Positions 34,478-45,000 of a DNA stretch of 47,169 bases are shown here, piece after piece. Where the stretch lies: positions 1 through 47,169 of IMG/VR virus record IMGVR_UViG_3300045988_038165; one strand, written 5' to 3'. Origin of the DNA: a virus. The notes below the pieces were generated by a model that made no database searches, was not told the DNA's origin, and saw nothing but the letters and a program-made list of their open reading frames with translations. Within the stretch, counting starts at the first letter, position 1; each line of letters opens with the position of its first letter. A program made the translations under genes and the position numbers.

Positions 34478-34760
34478 AAAGATTAGATTTATCATGTCTA
34501 CCGTTAAATTTAGAGGTAGGCGAAAAGTTTGAGTTAATAGATAACGACGGCAAGTACCATTTATTGAAGTGTGTTATGCCAGATAAAAAAAATCGTGTAA
34601 AGGGTGCTTCTTTACTAAAACAAAAATACCATTTAACTGCGATTCTGTGATGTGCACAGAACTAGAAAGAGGCGTGAAAAGTGGTGAAGTGATATACATA
34701 GAACTTCCGGTAAAGAATGAATTTAAGCAAGACGAAGAAAGCAAAGATGATGTTTATTGA
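34474..34760 (+). CDS. Cys4 mini-protein, paralogue 3, split by a -1 frame change in an A8 tract (34585..34592)
   Basis: Frame 0 (ATG 34474, ATGA overlap) stops at 34650 without any Cys motif. The -1 frame after the A8 tract reads SCKGCFFTKTKIPFNCDSVMC (C-x2-C-x10-C-x4-C) and ends at TGA 34758..34760. Confidence 0.6.
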
Positions 34761-34870
34761 GAGGAATTAACTTAAACCAATGGTTACTTTTGGTAAGTAT
34801 AGTACTTACTTTTAGTAACTATTAAAGCGAAAGTTTAAAAATTAAAGTTTTAATATAATAGTGTTGACTT

Positions 34871-35230
34871 ATGAAAGAAGAAGTCATTTTAATGCGCTTA
34901 GAGCTACGTTCTCAAATTAATGACACAATCTTACGTGTTGGGAAAGAAAGTCCAGCAGAAGGCAAGGAAATGGTGTCTATGTTGATATCCTGTGACTTTG
35001 TTGATGTGTACGACTTACTGGAAGGAGAAACGAGTGCATTTTTGGAGTATATGGAAAGTTGTGGTTTTATCAGAACGGAAATGCGAAAGATTAATGTTAA
35101 TAGCAACCGTTCTTATGTTCAGTGTGAAAGGGTGTCTATTCACGAATGGGTGAAGTTTGTGCAGGATAAGGGGTGTTTGTGTCACCCTGCATTGATTGCT
35201 CTGTATAGGAACTATACAGAAAATAGCTAA
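34871..35230 (+). CDS. Hypothetical protein (119 aa), last gene of the island
   Basis: ATG ORF. Confidence 0.5.
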   Translation: MKEEVILMRLELRSQINDTILRVGKESPAEGKEMVSMLISCDFVDVYDLLEGETSAFLEYMESCGFIRTEMRKINVNSNRSYVQCERVSIHEWVKFVQDKGCLCHPALIALYRNYTENS

Positions 35231-35367
35231 TCATGAATTATTAAGTAAGGAATAGGAGGTTAACGTCTCCTTTTCTTGTTTATATACATTTGCTTTTTAT
35301 CCAGCCTCGGAGCGGTTCAGACTAACCTTTTAATTATCAATGTGTTTTGTTTTTCGCTATTTATTCA

Positions 35368-35375
35368 TACATTTG
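35368..35375 (+). promoter_or_regulatory. -7 box TAcaTTTG (a second box lies at 35285..35292)
   Basis: 23 nt upstream of ATG 35398. The upstream twin box follows a weak hairpin AGGAG..CTCCTTTTC. Confidence 0.45.
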
Positions 35376-35397
35376 TACAAAACTAATATGTTAGAAT

Positions 35398-35700
35398 ATG
35401 GAAAAAGTAAATTTACTATTAAATTGTGCGCTTCTTGTGGCGTTCATGGCGGCTTTTGTCGTTGGTTTATTGCGAAAGTGGGGAGTAATCGAAAGATTGC
35501 AGGTATTCGGTGATATGTGGCTTAAAAAGCTATTCCCTGCATATAGTCGTAGCTTCATGTATCAGTTGGCAGGGTGCAATTTCTGCCTGTCGTTTTGGGC
35601 TTCGTCTGTGTTATCTATGATATTCGCTATTTCATTCGGTGAGCCGTTATTCCTCGCTACACCGTTATTTGCTGCGCCTGTTTGTCGAATCTTAATTTAA
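35398..35700 (+). CDS. Small integral membrane protein (100 aa, about 3 TM helices)
   Basis: LLLNCALLVAFMAAFVVGLL, CNFCLSFWASSVLSMIFAISF and LFLATPLFAAPV. The CNFCLSFW segment recalls DUF1360, but only tentatively. Confidence 0.5.
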   Translation: MEKVNLLLNCALLVAFMAAFVVGLLRKWGVIERLQVFGDMWLKKLFPAYSRSFMYQLAGCNFCLSFWASSVLSMIFAISFGEPLFLATPLFAAPVCRILI

Positions 35701-35705
35701 TCAGC

Positions 35706-35960
35706 ATGAAGTATAATAGCGTATTACCACCGTTTGAAACGGTTGATATTATCAAGTATAATGGTGTAGAGTCTTTGCAGAGTTTTACCGATGCAGTCGC
35801 TATCCTTTCGGAGTCTGAAAACATGGGAACGTATGAAGTTAACGGAAGACTTATGCAGTGTTACAAGGGTGATTGTCTGATCAAGGAGGCAAAAGGGCAC
35901 ATCTATTGCCTCGATGCTGATGCGGTATCGATTATATTTGAGAAAGGAGGTGAGGAATGA
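35706..35960 (+). CDS. Hypothetical protein (84 aa)
   Basis: ATG 35706, in frame with the track ORF 35682. ATGA overlap with the next gene. Confidence 0.45.
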   Translation: MKYNSVLPPFETVDIIKYNGVESLQSFTDAVAILSESENMGTYEVNGRLMQCYKGDCLIKEAKGHIYCLDADAVSIIFEKGGEE

Positions 35961-36697
35961 AAGTAGGACAGCATGAAGTGGAGTTGTATGAAGGCATTGA
36001 CTCGCTGCCTATTGCGAGGTATCAAAAGTTCAATCGGTTGATGTTGGTTGATTCCGGTGTAGGCTCTACTATTGAGGAACTGGACACCCATCTGAGGCGG
36101 GCTATCCTGTACTGCAAGACTAACGCCGATCACACGTACACCGAACTGCTAAACCTTAGGCAGTCGTTTCACATGGCAACGAACGGCATTCATCCGGGCA
36201 TGATTGCCTTCGGTGCGTTCGTCAAGTCATTGGATGGGAAAGAGTATCCCGTACACATAACTGACGAGCAATTGCAGGAAATACACACCATTCTATCAGA
36301 TGTAACCGTTTCGGAGCTGTCAGAGGCAAACGAGGCGGTCAAAAAAAAAATAGAGGGTGAGATGTCGATGTACTTCCCGACAATGGGTGACAGTCCTCAG
36401 ATTAAGGAGTACTACGATCTGAAATTGCAGCTACTAACCGCAATGTTAGATCAAACAGCGAACGGGATAGACCGGAAAGATGAAATACAGTCGTTGACCG
36501 ATCAATTAACGGTATTCTATCCGCCTCGCTGCTTTCAAGGCGAGAAATCGGTAGAGATACAGTCAGATAAGGAGTTTACGGAGATGTGTTTACTTATAAC
36601 GAAGGAAATGCACATAAACGCAAAGGACATGACAGTATTTGATTTCTACTCAGCATTCGAGATGATTAAAAGACAAAGTAAAAAAGCTAAAAAGTAA
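35957..36697 (+). CDS. Tail assembly chaperone candidate (by position, helical)
   Basis: 246 aa, directly upstream of the tape measure gene. Contains an A10 tract at 36341..36350. Confidence 0.4.
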   Translation: MKVGQHEVELYEGIDSLPIARYQKFNRLMLVDSGVGSTIEELDTHLRRAILYCKTNADHTYTELLNLRQSFHMATNGIHPGMIAFGAFVKSLDGKEYPVHITDEQLQEIHTILSDVTVSELSEANEAVKKKIEGEMSMYFPTMGDSPQIKEYYDLKLQLLTAMLDQTANGIDRKDEIQSLTDQLTVFYPPRCFQGEKSVEIQSDKEFTEMCLLITKEMHINAKDMTVFDFYSAFEMIKRQSKKAKK

Positions 36698-36702
36698 AGA
36701 GT

Positions 36703-39700
36703 ATGGCAAACGATGTTAAAGGAATAAAATACAGCGATCTGATACAGCCGGATAACAGCATATCAGAGGCGGTTAAGCAGTTAGAGCAACTGCAAAAGCT
36801 ATATGAAACAATGTTAAAGCGTATCGAAGAAGGTGCGAAAGGTCTGCAAAAGCCACTCAGTGAGGGAGGCGGTGCGACAGAGGAAGGGCGCAAAAAGATT
36901 GATGCCTACGAAAGACAGGTGCGTTCACTGGCGAAGGCAGAGGTTGATCTGAAGTTGGCGATGAATGACACCGCTAAGGAGATTGCCGTATTGAAGCAGC
37001 AGCAGACAGACCAAACACGCCTCAATAAGTTAGTAGCTAAACTTAATAACTCAATGGCTGGTAGCTACAATGCCCTGTCAGCGCAATACGAGCTAAACAA
37101 GGTTAAAATGAACAATCTTTCGCAGTCGTATTTGGAGAATACAGAAGCCGGAAAGAGGCTGGTTAAACAAACGGCTGAGATATACGCAGCGATGGATAAG
37201 TATCAAAAGAGCACTGGAAAGCACACGTTAAGCGTAGGTAATTACAAGCAAGCGTTTGACGGTTTAGGTTTCTCAGTGTCACAGGTTGCACGGGAGTTGC
37301 CATCACTCGCCATCAGTGCAAATACCTTCTTCCTCGCTATCTCGAATAACATTCCGATGGTGATAGACGAGATACAGAAACTGAGAGCTGCAAATGAAGC
37401 AGCAGCAAAAGCGGGTGAGGCGCAAGTAAGTATAACCGGAAAACTTATTAAGTCGATGTTTTCGTTTAACACAGTTATGGTACTTGTGCTTACTGCATTC
37501 TCTCTGTGGGGTAAGGATATAACCAACTGGATAGGTAGCCTATTCAAAGGTAAAACAACGGTAGATCAATTGAAACGGTCTACTACTGACTTGAAAGACG
37601 CAATATTAGATGCTGGGAAGAGTGCCGTAAACGAGTCTGTGAGACTGAAAATCTTATATAAAGCGGCTACCGATTCCACACGCAGCCAAAACGAGCGTCT
37701 AAAGGCTGTTAAGGAGCTAAAGAAAGAGTATCCGGAGTACCTTAAAAACCTCTCTGATGAAACCATTATGGCGGGTAACGCATCAAAGGAGTATAAGGAA
37801 CTTGCAAAACACATTCTATCGGTCGCAATGGCACGTGCTTACGAGGAAAGGATACAAAAGAATGCCAAAGAAGTTCTTGACCTCGAGGAAAAGAAGAATC
37901 AAGTATTAGAGGAAGGTAGAAAGACTTACCAAAAGCAACAAAAGGAGATCGAGGAACTTAAACGTTCGTCTAAGGGTATCGGTGTCGGTGCGGTGGCTTT
38001 GGAAGCGGCTTTACAAGGGCAGGCGTCCGCGTGGAATACCGCCAAAAAGGAGGCAAAGAGCTATGACGAACAAATAGCAGTTATCAATAAGTCGAGTGAG
38101 GAACTTGCTAAAAAGGTGGTTATTCCCGATCTTCTTGCAGGGGACAAAGGAGGTAAGACGAAGAAAAGTACTAAGAAGGACTTTGACCTACAAGCTGAGT
38201 ATGAAAATAGCCGTATAGCACTTATTATTGATTCCCGTTTGAAAGAGCAGGAAGAACGTAAAAAAGCAACGGCAGATGAACTGAAAAAGCTAAAGGAGAG
38301 CACAACGGAGAAACAAAGAGCTATGCAGTTGTATGCTGATACCGTGTACAATATAGAGGCAAAATTACGTAGAGATTTGGAGAAACTGCAAAACGACTGG
38401 AAAGTAGAGGACTTGCAAATCACGCATGACCGATTGAGTGAACGCCTAAATGCTGTTAGACGTGGCACGGCTGACGAACTATTGATCCAAGTGCAGCTCC
38501 TCGAAAACGAAAGAGCGCAGGACGAATTACACATTAAACAGTCGACTGACACAGAAGCGGTAAAGAATGAACGTCTATTGATATTACAGCGTGCGTATCA
38601 ACTTGCTTCTGCAAAGCTGAGAGATGATTTCACGAAGGATCAAGATCAGCGTATAATATCAAGTTCTGTGTTCCGGCTGCAGCAAGAACAGCAAGCGAGC
38701 GAAGCCGAATTTTACATTGTGCAGAGATCAGCTAAAGAGCAGGAAGTTTTCCGTTTAAATGCTGAGCGTCAAAAATGGGAACAGATATTAGAACTAACAC
38801 GATTGTACGGTTCTCAGATTACAGGATACGAGATTAAGACGGTTGAGGATACCATCAAAGGTATAGACAATGCGATTAAACAAAATACGTCCGGTTGGGA
38901 CAGTGAGCAGGGTGTATTTGGCAACCTGTTTGATCTGATGTTCGGAGGTGCGTTCGGTGATAAGGGCGGAAAGTCCGGACAGGAACGTGCAGAGGAGTTC
39001 AAACAGTCCATTTTAGACGCTTCTGAGTTTGCGATAGAGAATCTTAAGAGCGTGGCACAAGCGAGGGTAGAAGCGGCTGAGAAAGCTGTACAGGCAGCAG
39101 AAAAGGAAGTGTCAGCCCGACAGAAGGTTTTGGACGCTGAGATTCAAGCGAGAGCAAGCGGATACGCCAACAACGTAGCTACGGCACAGAAAGAACTGGA
39201 CTTTGCCCGAAAGCAGCAAGAAAAGGCTCTGAGGGATAAGAAGAAGGCACAGAAGCAGCAAGAGCGCATAGATACGCTTATGCAGGCAAGTTCTTTGGTG
39301 ACTGCTACAGCTAACTTGTGGAAGGACTTAGGTTTAGCCGCTATTCCGGCAATCGCTCTGATGTGGGGGTCTTTTGCCTTCGCTAAGATCAAAGCCTCTC
39401 AGTTATCTAAAGCCTCAGACCAAACGGAGGAATACGGTGACGGTACGGTAGAAATGATTGATTACGGAGGCTCACATGCTTCGGGTAATGATGTTGATTT
39501 AGGCACAACGAAGGACGGTAAGCGCAGACGGGTAGAAAAGGGTGAGTATTTCGCTGTAATCAACAAACGTTCCTCACAACGTTATAGGCGATTAGTCCCG
39601 GACTTGATTAATTCACTGAATAAGGGTACTTTTGAACAGAAATACCTAAACGCCTACTCCGGTGCTGATGAAGTCACGAATATCATGCAGGGAGGCAACG

Positions 39701-39831
39701 TAGATTTGTCTAATGTTGAACGTGATTTGAAGTCAATCAAGGAGAGTGCCGGACACAAGTTTATAACCGGAGCGGACGGTACGATAATTGAGGTGAAAGG
39801 AAATGTTAAACGTATAATAAAGACGAAATGA
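36703..39831 (+). CDS. Tape measure protein
   Basis: 1,042 aa, with long coiled-coil stretches and hydrophobic segments (FNTVMVLVLTAFSLWG, AAIPAIALMWGSFAFA). Sits upstream of the distal tail genes. Confidence 0.85.
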   Translation: MANDVKGIKYSDLIQPDNSISEAVKQLEQLQKLYETMLKRIEEGAKGLQKPLSEGGGATEEGRKKIDAYERQVRSLAKAEVDLKLAMNDTAKEIAVLKQQQTDQTRLNKLVAKLNNSMAGSYNALSAQYELNKVKMNNLSQSYLENTEAGKRLVKQTAEIYAAMDKYQKSTGKHTLSVGNYKQAFDGLGFSVSQVARELPSLAISANTFFLAISNNIPMVIDEIQKLRAANEAAAKAGEAQVSITGKLIKSMFSFNTVMVLVLTAFSLWGKDITNWIGSLFKGKTTVDQLKRSTTDLKDAILDAGKSAVNESVRLKILYKAATDSTRSQNERLKAVKELKKEYPEYLKNLSDETIMAGNASKEYKELAKHILSVAMARAYEERIQKNAKEVLDLEEKKNQVLEEGRKTYQKQQKEIEELKRSSKGIGVGAVALEAALQGQASAWNTAKKEAKSYDEQIAVINKSSEELAKKVVIPDLLAGDKGGKTKKSTKKDFDLQAEYENSRIALIIDSRLKEQEERKKATADELKKLKESTTEKQRAMQLYADTVYNIEAKLRRDLEKLQNDWKVEDLQITHDRLSERLNAVRRGTADELLIQVQLLENERAQDELHIKQSTDTEAVKNERLLILQRAYQLASAKLRDDFTKDQDQRIISSSVFRLQQEQQASEAEFYIVQRSAKEQEVFRLNAERQKWEQILELTRLYGSQITGYEIKTVEDTIKGIDNAIKQNTSGWDSEQGVFGNLFDLMFGGAFGDKGGKSGQERAEEFKQSILDASEFAIENLKSVAQARVEAAEKAVQAAEKEVSARQKVLDAEIQARASGYANNVATAQKELDFARKQQEKALRDKKKAQKQQERIDTLMQASSLVTATANLWKDLGLAAIPAIALMWGSFAFAKIKASQLSKASDQTEEYGDGTVEMIDYGGSHASGNDVDLGTTKDGKRRRVEKGEYFAVINKRSSQRYRRLVPDLINSLNKGTFEQKYLNAYSGADEVTNIMQGGNVDLSNVERDLKSIKESAGHKFITGADGTIIEVKGNVKRIIKTK

Positions 39832-42002
39832 ATGTAAAAGATTTGAGGTTTAAAATCGGGGGTGTCATTGTACACCCTCTTTACACCGAGCTAAAACGGA
39901 AGTTCGGCAAAGAGAATCAACAGGAGTTTTTCAGAGAAACAATCGAAGGTAGTTTAACTTTTATAGGTGCGGACTATTTGTTAATAAAGAATAAGAGCAT
40001 TGAGGATGTTATCTACATGACTATCGAACAAAAGGACAAAGGACAGACGGATGCGCAATACACTGTCATTTATGAAGCCTATTTCAGTAAGACTGATTGC
40101 GAGATAGATAACGACAATCGGAGTTGCAAGGTTAAGTTATCACCTAAAGACGCTTATTCCGGCATAATGAAGAACATTGAGAATAAGTATGACTTAATCA
40201 GACTTGCACCAGCCTTGACTCAGATAGGCGTGTATAAGCGTCCGCTTGTGCAGGTGTACATTGCAGGGGCCGGAACAATATCTAACTACCTTGCAGGGAC
40301 CCAGTATGAAACGGATGTGTATAACGTAGTTACAGACAATAACGAGTTGATTAACGAACATCACTTTGCTTTCTTCGCTGCATATAACGAGGTGGAAGTT
40401 AAGGCAGTTCCATATCAATCTTTTAACGGTAAGTACTACGGAAAGAACGGTATATACACGAAGTTGGACGGGAATTACTCAATTAAATGGAGTTATAGCG
40501 AGGGTCTTAATATCGGTTACCTATCACTTGAAAATAGGGACGGTGTAATACTGTACAGATCGCAAAAAATCACATGGAAGGATAAGAGCTATTTCTACAT
40601 AGATGTTTCTGAAATTACGTTTGAAAGGGTAGTAAACAAACCTACATTCCCTCAGTCCTTCGGTGGAAACTCGGTATTGCTTCAAAAGGTATTTCAACGG
40701 TTGCTGTTAGACCTTCCGGAGTTTGACGGTAAACCAACAGGGAGGTTATCGTCCGAAGATGTTTACCCGACAAATAGTAATTACCTGTATGCCGCACCGC
40801 TTGTGGGAAACTATTTCTATACGTCTACAAAGGTGCAGGAAGTCCCAACGGAATATGGCGTAAACGATGAAGGCAAATACTTTGTAGATAACTTTCTCCC
40901 TGCCGTTGTGGGTGCAGGTAAACTGTATCCGGTGTGCCGTTCAAGATGGGGTAATATGTCTATTTGGTTTGAGTATGATCTATCTTACAATGCTTTGGAA
41001 GAGCGTGCGAGAAAGAAGTACGTATTAAGACACTCTTTTTCGATAAGTGACGTAATAAAGACATTGCTAACGCAGGTAGACCCAACGTTGCACCACGAAG
41101 CCACGGAGGAATATTCACGCTTCTTATACGGTACGTCTATTCCGTTGACTGGCGCACCTTACAGAGTGTTTATCACTCCAAAGAGTAACATTCTAAAGGG
41201 TGAGTATGATCAGCCCGCTAAGAAGGCAGAAACGACACTCAGCGACATATTTAAGATGCTACGTGATACTATGAAACTCTATTGGTTTATAGACGGTGAT
41301 AAACTGAGGATAGAGCATATATCGTATTTCATGTCCGGAGGCTCTTATACTGGTACTGGGACCGTCGGTATTGACTTAACTAAATTGAGGTATGCAAAGA
41401 GTGGGCAGCTATTCACGTTTAAAACCAACACGGTTAAGTACGATAAAACCGATCTGCCTTCCCGTTTTGAATTTTCTTGGATGGACGACACGACTAATAC
41501 CTTCGCAGGCTTCCCTATTGATGTAAAGTCAAACTATGTACAGGAGGGGAAGAAAGAGGATATTCGAGTAGCTAACTTTTCGTCTGATGTTGACTATATG
41601 CTGCTATCACCGGGCGACTTTTCCTCAGATGGTTTTGCGTTGCTTGGTGCGGTTCAAAAGTCCGGCAAATGGGAACTGCCATTTATTACGGTGCCGTTGA
41701 CGGATAAGTCGGGTAACAACTACACCGTAACGCCTCAAAACGGCTACATGTCGTTCTTGCATCTCGTTAAGTACTACATGTACGATATGCCCGCAGCTAA
41801 CATTGAACACGAAGGAGACAAGACGGTTACAGTCCAACGGCTGAGGCGAAGTATGACACAAGACTTATCATTCACCTATAACACAGCGCCCGATCCGGTA
41901 AAGCTAATGACTACCGATGTCGGAAATGGGAAGCCTCTAACCATGACTGAGGACTTAACAACTCGTGAAATAACCGTTTCACTCACATATACCCCCTCTT
42001 AA
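39828..42002 (+). CDS. Distal tail / baseplate-hub-type protein (724 aa)
   Basis: ATGA overlap with the tape measure stop. The call rests on position only. Confidence 0.4.
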   Translation: MNVKDLRFKIGGVIVHPLYTELKRKFGKENQQEFFRETIEGSLTFIGADYLLIKNKSIEDVIYMTIEQKDKGQTDAQYTVIYEAYFSKTDCEIDNDNRSCKVKLSPKDAYSGIMKNIENKYDLIRLAPALTQIGVYKRPLVQVYIAGAGTISNYLAGTQYETDVYNVVTDNNELINEHHFAFFAAYNEVEVKAVPYQSFNGKYYGKNGIYTKLDGNYSIKWSYSEGLNIGYLSLENRDGVILYRSQKITWKDKSYFYIDVSEITFERVVNKPTFPQSFGGNSVLLQKVFQRLLLDLPEFDGKPTGRLSSEDVYPTNSNYLYAAPLVGNYFYTSTKVQEVPTEYGVNDEGKYFVDNFLPAVVGAGKLYPVCRSRWGNMSIWFEYDLSYNALEERARKKYVLRHSFSISDVIKTLLTQVDPTLHHEATEEYSRFLYGTSIPLTGAPYRVFITPKSNILKGEYDQPAKKAETTLSDIFKMLRDTMKLYWFIDGDKLRIEHISYFMSGGSYTGTGTVGIDLTKLRYAKSGQLFTFKTNTVKYDKTDLPSRFEFSWMDDTTNTFAGFPIDVKSNYVQEGKKEDIRVANFSSDVDYMLLSPGDFSSDGFALLGAVQKSGKWELPFITVPLTDKSGNNYTVTPQNGYMSFLHLVKYYMYDMPAANIEHEGDKTVTVQRLRRSMTQDLSFTYNTAPDPVKLMTTDVGNGKPLTMTEDLTTREITVSLTYTPS

Positions 42003-42017
42003 TAGGGGGTATTTTCG

Positions 42018-42025
42018 TATATTTG
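42018..42025 (+). promoter_or_regulatory. -7 box TAtaTTTG
   Basis: 25 nt upstream of ATG 42050. Confidence 0.45.
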
Positions 42026-42049
42026 CTAAATAATTAAATTTTTATAAAC

Positions 42050-45000
42050 ATGAATACATTCAACAACTTTAGTCCATTGGCTTTCAGAGAGAAAAGCATG
42101 AAGGCTACGTATAAAAAATGGTACGCTTATGGTAAAGAGTTCGCTTTGCCGTTTAGTACAACCGAATTACCACCGTTTCAGTTTACAGTTGCCAATCTGC
42201 CATCATTTGACCCTACTACGGTAGAGGTATCCCTCGTGGATGAAGCAACCGGAACGAGAGTCGCAACTGGTGTCAAAATAAAGGTTGATACGATGGACGA
42301 ACATAACTCAGTTTTATACGTATCACCCGGGAGCAATGTGTATGCTAAATCAATAGAGCCGGGTGTATATCGAGCCGAGTTTACTATACCCGAAGGTAAA
42401 ACATACGTATCTACACCGATATGCGTAACCGAAGGCATAGAAACTAATACCAACTTCGTTAAATTGGAGTACTGGAATGATGAAAAGTTGGCTTATCCTA
42501 ATGGTTTTATAACCACTGGTACGGATAATGATTTCAAGTTTCAGATGTATATCCCGACTACCTTCTTTAAACCGAAATACGAGTTCGAAGAAGAGATAAC
42601 AAAGAGAGCAGGCTATAAGTTTCTCGAATTGCAGACTTGCAACAAGGTGTTCGGTTTTAACTTCCTCGCACCGGAGTACATTTGCGATGCGCTTCGTTTA
42701 GTGCGTCTATCTGACTATATCCGTTTCGCCCATGACGGTGAGTATTACAACGCTCTGAACTTTGAGTACGCCCCCGATTGGCAGGATAACGGATATTTGG
42801 CTGCAATCGAATGCCAGTTTGAGACAGATACGATCATTCAGAAACTCCCTTCTTTCAACCGGAGAGATATAGAGTCTTTTTATAATGCCCTACTCGCTGA
42901 CATAGACACTCCAATTCTGTTTAGTCCGGACGTAGTAGGGCTGTATTACCGTGAATATAGACAGGGAGAGCCGACGATCAAAGGTAAATTGATCCGTGAG
43001 TTATCACCGATTGATCTGATAGACGAAAATACTACTATTGCCGTGGATATGGGTGCTGGTGAGGCACGCAAATTCAACCTTTACCGCATGTTGGAGGGGT
43101 ATATCTCAAAGAATCACGAAGATGTAACGGAGTTCCTTTTGTCCCTACGTGGAGGTGCTAATATAGGTACACCTAACACAAGCGGTGAGTACCCTGCAAG
43201 CGTAGACAGGGACGGGAACACTAAGTTAAAGGACATACAGGGGAATGATGCAACGTTGAATAAGGTCACAGGAAAAGATGCTACGTTTAAAACTGTGGAA
43301 ACTGGTTTTTTAACTGTTAACAAGACTTCCGCAATAATTGACGGAATGGGTAATGCCAATGTAACCGATTTAACTGCAAGGGGTGACTCTATGTTGCGCA
43401 GTGACGTGTATACAGGGTCAAAAGACGGCAATCATACCGGAAAGATTACGAAAGAAGGACAGTTGCAGTATCTTTCAGCCATCATTTACGAGTTCCTTTC
43501 GTCTGAAACGTTTGTTCCCGGCTTCTTGGGTGAGGGCTTCAAAATATGGTTGGAAAACGGTAACTGGCATATCGAATGCGATAACCTAACCGTCCGTCAA
43601 ACTATGAACGTCTTTGAGTTGCTTATTCAAAAGATACGTAGCGTCAATGGTGCTATTGTCGTATCCCAATCAAACGGAAAGGTTACAGCCGTTGAGGACA
43701 CCGGAACTCAGTACAAAATCACGTTCGGAGAGGAATTTCCTACCTTTCAAGAGGGTGACTTGATACGCTGCCAATCGTGGAGTAAGAATAACCTTAAATT
43801 CTATTGGGTAGAGGTAAAGACAGCCGCAGACGGTTATATTCTTTGCGATAAGTCTGAGTTTAACAACGTTGTTCCGGCTGTCGGTGATGAAGTTGTTCAG
43901 ATGGGGAACACGAAGAATGCAGAACGGCAAGCGTTGATTTACATCACAGCGCAGGAAAGCGGTAAACCGTACATTGAGATTCTGAACGGTGTCAAGACAA
44001 AGAGTCTGGCCGGGACAGACCGCACCCGTCTTGGCGATCTGTCTAACATTGTAGACCCCGATTTCACAGGTGAGGCGGCTGTTAAAGGAACTGGTTTCTA
44101 CTCTACTAATGCCTTCTTAAAGGGTATCTTTGTGTTGCGCAACGGAAAGCGTGTAGAGGACGAGATTAAGATTGCAAAGGACGCAGCCGATCAAGCGGCA
44201 CAGGACGCAGCGAACGCAGCGCAATCGGCACAGGAAGCGAAAGACAGGCTTAATAAATGGGCTGATGATGGCTTTATCTCACCGACTGAGAAACCTGCAT
44301 TGATTGACGAGGGAAAGAGGATACGGGCAGAACATCTTAGTATTTTAGCTGATGCGAGTAAGTATGGAGTATCTGCAACTGTATATACACAAGCATATAA
44401 CGACTATTTAGGTCAATTGCAATACCACTCAGCACCGACACCGGAAAATATTGTAGTTCTTGAAGGTCTTGCCGCATCTCAGACTACATACTATAATCAG
44501 CGTAATCTAATTCTGAGCGCAATTGCCGATGCAGCTAAGGCATACGTAGACGAAGCTGATAAGAAACTGAAAGAGTACTTAGATACGGAAATTACAGCTA
44601 TTCCCGGTAAGATTGAACTTGCTGTACGTAGCTTAAAAGTATCAGATGTTAACTTATTGAAAGGTGCATATAAGGAGTTGAAAAACGCTAACTATGGTTT
44701 CGGTGCTTATTCATACGATGTACCACTTGTAAATGGTAAGGAATACATGTTGACAGTATGCTATACCTTATCGGCAAATAACACACATATTGAAGCATAC
44801 GCAAATAGAGGTGCTAACCGTCTTGCAAATTTTACTACTAAGGGTGATAAGGTTATTGAAAGCAAAAAGGTTACTATGGCAGGATATACACCTTCTTATG
44901 GACTTTGGTTCTATCAGTTTCCTGGTGGTACATACGGATCAAAAGTACATTGGGCTGTTTTGACTGATGGCAATTTAGGCGTAACCAGTTGGATACCTTC

